A stretch of 64,000 nucleotides of DNA, from contig CACLNZ010000005.1 in the NCBI GenBank assembly GCA_902608415.1, positions 806 through 64,805 on the forward strand, read 5' to 3'. The DNA is from an uncultured PS1 clade bacterium (GTDB lineage Bacteria > Pseudomonadota > Alphaproteobacteria > MED-G09). The translations under genes and the position numbers were made by a program. Position 1 is the stretch's first letter, and the number at the start of each line of letters is the position of its first letter. A model generated the notes under the pieces. It made no database searches and was not told the DNA's origin. It saw only the letters and a list, made by a program, of their open reading frames with translations. Positions 8,568 to 15,754 of the stretch are shown here, one piece after another.

Positions 8568-9687
8568 ATTAAATCTATCTTTAATATTTTTATTATTTGC
8601 TTTTAATTGTCAGGCCTTGTTCTCGTTTGACTCCTCTGCAAAAAATGTTCTTTTAATGGATTTTGATACAAATCAAGTTCTATTTTCAAAAAATGAAGAT
8701 AAAAAGATTTACCCTGCATCAATGTCAAAATTAATGACATTATACATTTTATTTGACTCATTGGATAAGGGTATAGTCTCATTAGAAGATAAATTCTCTG
8801 TATCAAGAAATGCTTATCAAAAAGAAGGCTCTACAATATATGCAGAACTAGAAACAGAAATATCTATTGAGAATTTAATAAAAGGAATTGTTGTATCTTC
8901 AGGTAATGATGCTTGCGTTATAGTTGCTGAGGCACTTTCTGGTTCTGAGGAAAGTTTTGCTCAGCAGATGAATTACTATGCCTTGGAAATGGGTTTAAGT
9001 AATTCTAATTTTAAAAATTCATCCGGACTTCATGATATTGATCACTACACTACGGTAGAAGATTTAGTAAGGCTTTCTAAATTTATTATTTCTGATTTTC
9101 CGGAATATTATAGTTTTTTCGCCGATAGATCTTTTACATGGAATAATATCACTCAATATAACAGAAATAATATATTAAAATCTGATCTTGGGGTCGATGG
9201 ATTAAAAACTGGTTATACAAGTGAGTCAGGTTTTGGCATAATTGTATCTTCAAAAAAAAATGATAGAAGGCTAATTGGTATAGTTACAGGTTTAGATAAT
9301 GTCGATGAAAGAACTAATGAAATAACTAGATTGATTAATTACGGATATCGAGGATTTAAGAGCTATTCCATTTTTAAAGATAACCAAATAATTGACTATG
9401 CAACAGTTTGGAAGGGAAAGACAAATAACTTACCATTAATTGTAGCTAATGATTTAGATTTATTGCTTGATATACCTGGAAGAAGGAGCATTAGAATTGA
9501 ATATAAATATTTTGAACCTTTGTATGCTCCAATAAACAAAGGTGATATTGTTGGCTCTATGGAAGTTATTATCCCGGGAAGAAAGAGTATCGAATTAAAT
9601 TTATTTGCTGCAGAAAATATTAATAAAGTTAATCTCTTTTCTGGTTTTATAAAATCTTTTGATTATTTATTATATAAAGATGAATAA
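8557..9687 (+). CDS. dacC: D-alanyl-D-alanine carboxypeptidase (PBP5/6 family)
   Basis: SxxK (PASMSKLMT), SxN (SSGND) and KTG (LKTGYT) motifs, a signal peptide, and a PBP5 C-terminal domain. Confidence 0.85.
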   Translation: MKTKLNLSLIFLLFAFNCQALFSFDSSAKNVLLMDFDTNQVLFSKNEDKKIYPASMSKLMTLYILFDSLDKGIVSLEDKFSVSRNAYQKEGSTIYAELETEISIENLIKGIVVSSGNDACVIVAEALSGSEESFAQQMNYYALEMGLSNSNFKNSSGLHDIDHYTTVEDLVRLSKFIISDFPEYYSFFADRSFTWNNITQYNRNNILKSDLGVDGLKTGYTSESGFGIIVSSKKNDRRLIGIVTGLDNVDERTNEITRLINYGYRGFKSYSIFKDNQIIDYATVWKGKTNNLPLIVANDLDLLLDIPGRRSIRIEYKYFEPLYAPINKGDIVGSMEVIIPGRKSIELNLFAAENINKVNLFSGFIKSFDYLLYKDE

Positions 9688-10309
9688 TTTATTTATAACT
9701 TTTGAGGGAGGGGATGGCTCAGGTAAGTCAACTCAAGTTAATTTATTAAAAGATTACTTAGACAATTTAAATTTTGAAACAGTTAAAACTAGAGAACCTG
9801 GAGGAACCCCTTCTGCTGAGATTCTTAGAGATTTACTTACTACCGGAGAGGTAGAAAAGTGGACTCCTATGTCTGAGGCCCTATTAATGTGGGCTTCAAG
9901 ATATGAGCATTTAATTCAAGTCATTGAACCTGCTCTTAATTCAGGAAAGAATGTAATTTGTGATAGATTTTATGACTCAACATACGCTTATCAAGGAGTA
10001 GCTCACAATTTAGGTATTGATAAGATGGAAAAATTAAAAAAAATAATAATTGGAGACATTGAGCCTGATATAACTTTTGTTTTAGATATCGATCCTAAGG
10101 AAGGACTTAAAAGGTCCCTTGATAGATCTAACCAAGAGAATAGATTTGAAAGTTATAATATTGATTTTCATAACAATATTAGGAGTGCATTTTTGGAAAT
10201 AGCAAAAAAAAATAAAGATCGTTGTGTTGTTATTGATGCTTCAATTAATGAACAGGAAATTAATAATTTAATTATAAATGTTATTGATAACCTTATAGCT
10301 AATAAATAA
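9680..10309 (+). CDS. tmk: Thymidylate kinase
   Basis: MNNLFITFEGGDGSGKST P-loop, DRFYDSTYAYQG. I prefer the ATG at 9680, which overlaps the dac stop by 8 nt, over the listed TTG at 9659. Confidence 0.9.
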   Translation: MNNLFITFEGGDGSGKSTQVNLLKDYLDNLNFETVKTREPGGTPSAEILRDLLTTGEVEKWTPMSEALLMWASRYEHLIQVIEPALNSGKNVICDRFYDSTYAYQGVAHNLGIDKMEKLKKIIIGDIEPDITFVLDIDPKEGLKRSLDRSNQENRFESYNIDFHNNIRSAFLEIAKKNKDRCVVIDASINEQEINNLIINVIDNLIANK

Positions 10310-10323
10310 GAGGAATAGTTAAA

Positions 10324-11295
10324 TTGGATAACCCTGCAAAAGAAACATCTAATTTTATTGGAAATAACAATATTCAAGAATTTATGCTTAATTCAATAAA
10401 TACCAATAAATTGCATCATGCTTATCTTCTAAGTGGAGTAAAAGGTTTAGGCAAAGCAACTTTTGCTTATAGGTGTGCAAAATATATTTTGTCAGATTCT
10501 TTAAAGAAAAATATGAATATAGATAATTCTGAAAAATCTTCTAAGTTAATTGAGAGTAACAGTCATCCGGATTTTATAGTTCTTAAAAAAGATATCGAAA
10601 ATGAAAAATCATTAATAGAGATCGATCAAGTAAGAGACTGTATCAATTTTTTTAACCATACTCCTATCTTAGGAGGTTATAAGATTTGTATTATAGACTC
10701 TCTTGACGAAATGAACATAAATTCTACAAATGCACTCTTAAAAATACTCGAGGAGCCTCCGCGAAATAGTCTTTTTTTTATTATTTCTCATAACAAAGAT
10801 TCAATACTTCCAACAATAAAATCAAGGTGTCTAAATCTTCAATTTAGAAAATTCTCAAATGATGAAATTGAAAATTTTCTTAAAACAAAAATTTCACTTG
10901 ATGAAGTATATGATCTAAGCGAAATAATAGATTTATCTAATGGGAGTGTTGGAAGAGCTTTAGAGTTAATAAAGGAAGATTCGCAAGAAATAAATTTAAA
11001 GATAAGAAAACTATTTAATGAATACTCTGACGAAGATTTATATGAATTAGAGAGTTTTCTTAGACGATCAAATAAATTAGATTTGTTTTTCGAGTTATCA
11101 ATTATAAAGATCGATAAATTAATTAGTGAATTCGCTCTAGCAGGACATAACCAAGAAAAAGAAAAAATAGATAAATTTTTTCATGTTAGAGAAGAGATTC
11201 AAAAAATTTATTATGAGGGAAAAAAATATAATAATTTAAATAATCATATTATTTTAGACTTAATTTTATTAATTAAGAAATCAATATATATTTGA
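10324..11295 (+). CDS. holB: DNA polymerase III delta-prime subunit
   Basis: HAYLLSGVKGLGKATFA, NALLKILEEPP, TIKSRC motifs. TTG start. The position after tmk is the conserved tmk-holB-metG order. Confidence 0.8.
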   Translation: MDNPAKETSNFIGNNNIQEFMLNSINTNKLHHAYLLSGVKGLGKATFAYRCAKYILSDSLKKNMNIDNSEKSSKLIESNSHPDFIVLKKDIENEKSLIEIDQVRDCINFFNHTPILGGYKICIIDSLDEMNINSTNALLKILEEPPRNSLFFIISHNKDSILPTIKSRCLNLQFRKFSNDEIENFLKTKISLDEVYDLSEIIDLSNGSVGRALELIKEDSQEINLKIRKLFNEYSDEDLYELESFLRRSNKLDLFFELSIIKIDKLISEFALAGHNQEKEKIDKFFHVREEIQKIYYEGKKYNNLNNHIILDLILLIKKSIYI

Positions 11296-11304
11296 GAAAA
11301 ACTG

Positions 11305-12846
11305 ATGACTAATCCATTCTATATTAGCACTGCAATATCCTATACTAATGGCTCTCCCCACATAGGTCATGCTTATGAGGTAATAGCCGCTGATGTAATT
11401 GCAAGATTTAAAAGATTGGATGGTTATGATGTTTTCTTTTTAACCGGAACTGATGAACATGGCTTAAAGGTTCAACAAAAGGCAAAAGATTTAGGTATTA
11501 AACCTAAAGATTATGTCGATAAAGTATCAAAAGAATTTATTGAATTAGCTAAGTCTTTAAATTGTTCCAATAATGATTTTATAAGAACAACTGACGATAG
11601 ACATAGAAAAAATGTCCATTCAATTTGGAAGAACCTCTCTGATAAAGGGGATATTTATCTCGATCAATATTCTGGATGGTATTCAATCAGAGATGAGGCA
11701 TTTTATAACGAAGAAGAATTGATAAAATCTGATAACGATTCATATTTGTCACCTAATGGCAATTCAGTTGAGTGGATAGATGAAGAGAGTTATTTCTTTA
11801 AATTATCTAAATATGAAAAACAATTATTAGAACTCTATGAAAGCAATAAGAGTTTTATACTTCCAAATTCGAGAATGAATGAAATAAGAAATTTTGTTAA
11901 ATCCGGCCTCAAGGATATTTCTATTTCAAGAAAAAATATTTCTTGGGGTATTCCGGTTGAAGAGAATAAAGAGCACTCCATTTATGTATGGCTTGATGCA
12001 TTAACTAATTATATTTCCGCGCTTGATTGGTGCGAGGGAGGTAAATCTTTCGATAGATTTTGGCCTGCTGATATCCATCTTATTGGAAAAGATATTACTA
12101 GATTCCATGCAGTTTATTGGCCTGCATTTCTTTTTTCAGCTGGATTAGATGTTCCTAAAATGATTTTTTCTCATGGCTTTCTTCTTAATAAGGGTGAAAA
12201 AATATCAAAAAGCGTTGGAAATACTGTTGACCCTATTGACTTATTGGATCTTTATGGAGTCGATCAATTAAGGTTCTACTTACTTTCAGCAACACCATTT
12301 GGTAATGACGGTAATTATAGCCATGAACTTATTGTCAATCACTCAAATGCTTTATTATCAAATGATTTAGGAAATCTGTCTCAAAGATGTCTTAAGATGG
12401 TATTTTCAAAATGTGATAGAAAAATACCTAATAAAGGTGACCTCAATAACATCGATTTATCTTTATTGAATAATGCATATGACCTATACCAACAGTCTCT
12501 TGAATGTATGGATGAATATCAGATCCATTCTTATTTAAATTCTATTTTTGATATTATTTCCTTGGCCAATAAATATTTTAGTGATCAAAAGCCATGGGAA
12601 CTTGATAAAGATAATCCCGATAGAATGCATACTGTTTTATGGGTTACTTGTGAGATCCTTCGTATTACCTCAATATTATTACAACCTGTTATTGTGGATG
12701 GTTCTAATAAACTCTTAGATTTTCTGAATATTAGCTCAAAAGAAAGATCTTTTATTAACTTAAAACCTAGTTTTTCTGTTAAATCAGGATTGAAGATTAA
12801 GGAACCACAAGTCATTTTCCCAAAATTGATTCATAAACGAAAATAG
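11305..12846 (+). CDS. metG: Methionyl-tRNA synthetase
   Basis: HIGH motif (SPHIGHAYE), KMSKS-type motif (KISKSVGN), class I MetRS core, 513 aa. Confidence 0.95.
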   Translation: MTNPFYISTAISYTNGSPHIGHAYEVIAADVIARFKRLDGYDVFFLTGTDEHGLKVQQKAKDLGIKPKDYVDKVSKEFIELAKSLNCSNNDFIRTTDDRHRKNVHSIWKNLSDKGDIYLDQYSGWYSIRDEAFYNEEELIKSDNDSYLSPNGNSVEWIDEESYFFKLSKYEKQLLELYESNKSFILPNSRMNEIRNFVKSGLKDISISRKNISWGIPVEENKEHSIYVWLDALTNYISALDWCEGGKSFDRFWPADIHLIGKDITRFHAVYWPAFLFSAGLDVPKMIFSHGFLLNKGEKISKSVGNTVDPIDLLDLYGVDQLRFYLLSATPFGNDGNYSHELIVNHSNALLSNDLGNLSQRCLKMVFSKCDRKIPNKGDLNNIDLSLLNNAYDLYQQSLECMDEYQIHSYLNSIFDIISLANKYFSDQKPWELDKDNPDRMHTVLWVTCEILRITSILLQPVIVDGSNKLLDFLNISSKERSFINLKPSFSVKSGLKIKEPQVIFPKLIHKRK

Positions 12847-12870
12847 TGACAACTATAAATTTTTGTTGTA

Positions 12871-13116
12871 ATGAAGCAACATATTCTAAGGAGAAGTATT
12901 TTGGATAAATTCCTTGTTATAGATTTAGAAATGGATTTACGTTCCGCAAGAGCTGATTTTGAAAAAAAATATTTAATAGCTCAAATTAATAATTTTAATG
13001 GAAACATAAGTAAAACAGCTAAATTTATAGGTATGGATAGATCAGCTTTGCATAGAAAGTTAAGTGATCTAAATATTGGGCCTAAGAAAAAATTACAAAG
13101 TTTAATTAGTAAATAA
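12871..13116 (+). CDS. Stand-alone Fis-type HTH protein resembling the C-terminal DNA-binding domain of NtrX
   Basis: 81 aa. [45 protein letters not shown] resembles the NtrX C-terminus as I remember it. It lies directly upstream of trkA-hfq, the conserved ntrX position. An in-frame TAA at 12856..12858 bounds the ORF. Confidence 0.7.
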   Translation: MKQHILRRSILDKFLVIDLEMDLRSARADFEKKYLIAQINNFNGNISKTAKFIGMDRSALHRKLSDLNIGPKKKLQSLISK

Positions 13117-13138
13117 TAAAAACATAATTGGAATATAA

Positions 13139-14515
13139 ATGAAGATCATTATTTGTGGTGCTGGGTTAAGCGGGAGAGCTATTGCTGAAAAATTATCTCA
13201 AATTGGCAATGAAGTAACTATTATTGACTCATCAAAAAGATTAATTGAAAAACTTGGTAATAAACTTGATATTAGAGGAATTGTTGGTCATGGAGCACAT
13301 CCAGATATTTTAGGTGAAGCCGGAGCTTCAGAAGCTGAAATGTTGATTTCAGTAACTCCTTCTGATGAGATAAATATGATGGCTTGTCAAGTTGCGCATT
13401 CTCTATTTGAGGTTCCTAAAAGAATAGCAAGAGTAAGGGACAAATCTTACTTGAATCCTTCTTATCAAGATTTATTTACAAGCTCTAATTTACCAGTGAA
13501 TATAATAATATCTCCAGAAAAAGAGGTTGCTAAATCGGTTTTTAGAAGGTTTGAGTTACCAGGAGCCTTTGAAAATGTTCCTTTTGGCGATAATAATTTG
13601 AGATTTTTAGGTATAAAAATAAATGAGGGTTGTCCTATAAAAAATGCTGAAATAGGTTCATTAACTGAATTGTTTCCTGATTTAAATACAGTCATAGTTG
13701 GTCTAAGAAGAAATTATGATATCATTACTCCAAAATTTAATGATAAATTATTAGAAGGTGATCTAGCGTATCTAATTTGTCCAAGTGATTTTGCTGCTAG
13801 AACCCTATCAATTTTTGGTTATCAAAATGAACAAGCAAGAAGGATAGTTTTAGTTGGCGGTGGTTCAATTGGCAAAGAGGTTGGAAAGTTAATAGAAAAT
13901 AAAATAGATAATATATCTCTGCGTATAATTGAAAAAGATGAAAACACTGCAGAGGACCTATCAGATAAATTTGATAAGAGCTTTGTTATACTTGGATCGG
14001 GAATGGATAAAGATATTTTAAATGAAGCTGAAATATCGAATGCAGATATTCTAATAAGTTTAACAAACAGCGATGAAACTAATTTTATTTCTGCCGCATT
14101 TGCAAAAAGTGATGGTTGTGACAGGGTTATAGCGCTTCTAAATAATAAGGATTTTCAAGGTCTTATAAGATCAGTAGATATCGGTGATTTTTTAGATCCT
14201 AAAGCTATAACTGTATCATCTATTTTAAGGCATGTTAGAAGGGGGCATATCAGAAATATATATACTTTATCAGATGGTTCCGCAGAAATAATTGAAGGGG
14301 AAGTTTCATCATCATCCGAGTTAGTTGGCCCTACAATAGAGGAACTTCATTTAGAAAATGGTTTAAGGATTGGAGGCATTTTAAGAGATAAAAAGATAAT
14401 TATGCCAAGGGGTGACACCAAAATAAAAGAGGGTGATTATGTGACAATTTTTTCTATTCCTGAGAAAATTCATGAAGTTGAGCAATTATTTAGAGTAAGC
14501 GCCAATTATTACTAA
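13139..14515 (+). CDS. trkA: Trk potassium uptake system NAD-binding protein TrkA
   Basis: Two Rossmann TrkA-N domains (IIICGAGLSGRAIA; IVLVGGGSIGKEV), each followed by a TrkA-C domain. 458 aa. Confidence 0.9.
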   Translation: MKIIICGAGLSGRAIAEKLSQIGNEVTIIDSSKRLIEKLGNKLDIRGIVGHGAHPDILGEAGASEAEMLISVTPSDEINMMACQVAHSLFEVPKRIARVRDKSYLNPSYQDLFTSSNLPVNIIISPEKEVAKSVFRRFELPGAFENVPFGDNNLRFLGIKINEGCPIKNAEIGSLTELFPDLNTVIVGLRRNYDIITPKFNDKLLEGDLAYLICPSDFAARTLSIFGYQNEQARRIVLVGGGSIGKEVGKLIENKIDNISLRIIEKDENTAEDLSDKFDKSFVILGSGMDKDILNEAEISNADILISLTNSDETNFISAAFAKSDGCDRVIALLNNKDFQGLIRSVDIGDFLDPKAITVSSILRHVRRGHIRNIYTLSDGSAEIIEGEVSSSSELVGPTIEELHLENGLRIGGILRDKKIIMPRGDTKIKEGDYVTIFSIPEKIHEVEQLFRVSANYY

Positions 14516-14588
14516 TATTTAAAATATCAATAATTTGAATTTATATTATTAATTTTTTAAAAATAAAGTCCCACGGTATATATTAAAT

Positions 14589-14807
14589 ATGTTAGATACT
14601 ATCAAGGAAAGCATGTCAGAATTAGATGAAGAGAGCTTTATCAATGATTTAATAGATCATTATAAGTTAGTTACAATTTTTCTAATTAGCGGCATAAAAC
14701 TTGAAGGAACAATCACTTCTTCTGATTCCAATACTTTAACATTAAAAGGTTCAAATAATATTCAATTAGTCTATAAAAATGCAATTTCTACTATTTTACC
14801 TGTTTAA
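14589..14807 (+). CDS. hfq: RNA chaperone Hfq (short, divergent)
   Basis: Sm1/Sm2 core VTIFLISGIKLEGTITSSD...LVYKNAISTILP. The alternative start at ATG 14613 has a better RBS (aaggaaagc). Confidence 0.85.
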   Translation: MLDTIKESMSELDEESFINDLIDHYKLVTIFLISGIKLEGTITSSDSNTLTLKGSNNIQLVYKNAISTILPV

Positions 14808-15606
14808 TATCTATCTTTGCCTCATTCCATAATTTCTCTAATTCAATTAAATTACTTTGATCAAATTTTTTATTTTCTTTTTTAAGTGCTTTTTCAATAT
14901 AATTTATTCTTGCCTTGAATTTACTGTTTGTTTTTCTCAACGCATTTTCAGGGTCAATTTTTAATTTACGTGATAAATTTATAACAGAGAAAATTAAATC
15001 ACCAATTTCTTCTTCTATTTTTTCATTTTCTTGCTGAATTAATGCAATTTCAAGCTCTTTTTTTTCTTCCTCTATTTTTTTAAAGGCATCATTGGGGTTT
15101 TTCCAATCAAAACCATTTTCGGAGGCCCTTTTTTGTAACTTCAATGATCTAATCATAGCAGGAAAATTTTTTGGTATATCATCAAGCATACCAGTGTTGC
15201 CTTTAGCTATTCTTTCTTTCTTCTTGATATTGTTCCAATTTTTTTCAATTTGTTTTTTTGAGTTTGTATTAGAATCTTTTTCAAATACATGCGGATGTCT
15301 TCGTATCAATTTTTTAGATAAATTATCAATTACATCTATCATATTGAAATTACCTTTTTCATTATTAATTTCAGTATGAAAGATAACCTGAAACAATAAA
15401 TCTCCTAATTCTTCACATAAAGCGTCATTATCATTATTTTCTATTGCTTCAACAACTTCGTAAGCCTCTTCAATACAGTAACTTTTTATACTGTTAGAAT
15501 CTTGATCTTTATCCCATTCGCATCCTGTTTTTGGATCTCTTAAAGCAGACATAATTTCAAGAATTTTTACAAAAGATTCACCTGTATTTTTATCTATTTT
15601 AACCAT
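14791..15606 (-). CDS. mazG: Nucleoside triphosphate pyrophosphohydrolase MazG (tandem MazG domains)
   Basis: EEAYEVVEAIE...ELGDLLFQV and a second EExGDLIFSVINLSR repeat; RRHPHVF. Confidence 0.85.
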   Translation of the reverse strand: MVKIDKNTGESFVKILEIMSALRDPKTGCEWDKDQDSNSIKSYCIEEAYEVVEAIENNDNDALCEELGDLLFQVIFHTEINNEKGNFNMIDVIDNLSKKLIRRHPHVFEKDSNTNSKKQIEKNWNNIKKKERIAKGNTGMLDDIPKNFPAMIRSLKLQKRASENGFDWKNPNDAFKKIEEEKKELEIALIQQENEKIEEEIGDLIFSVINLSRKLKIDPENALRKTNSKFKARINYIEKALKKENKKFDQSNLIELEKLWNEAKIDIKQVK

Positions 15607-15677
15607 TATTAACCTTATTTATCCTAATATTTGATTAATTATACCTTAATTTTATCTTATTTATTGTTTATTTTTAA

Positions 15678-15695
15678 ATGTCATAAAATTGACAT
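15678..15695. promoter_or_regulatory. 18-bp inverted repeat ATGTCA-TAAAAT-TGACAT overlapping a TTGACA -35-like hexamer upstream of the TonB-dependent receptor
   Basis: Read directly. ATGTCA (15678..15683) is the reverse complement of TGACAT (15690..15695). TTGACA at 15689..15694 is followed after 18 nt by TATTAT (15713..15718). No function is demonstrated. Confidence 0.25.
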
Positions 15696-15754
15696 AAAAC
15701 ATATATGAATGCTATTATCTATTTGATTTAAAATAAAAAAATGATGGGGGTCAT

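Noticed and set aside
15607-15754. A possible cobalamin riboswitch or Fur box upstream of the TonB-dependent receptor.
   Set aside because: I could find no B12-box-like GC-rich core and no GATAATGATAATCATTATC-like sequence. Only the TGTCA/TGACA palindrome is present, and it is reported separately.
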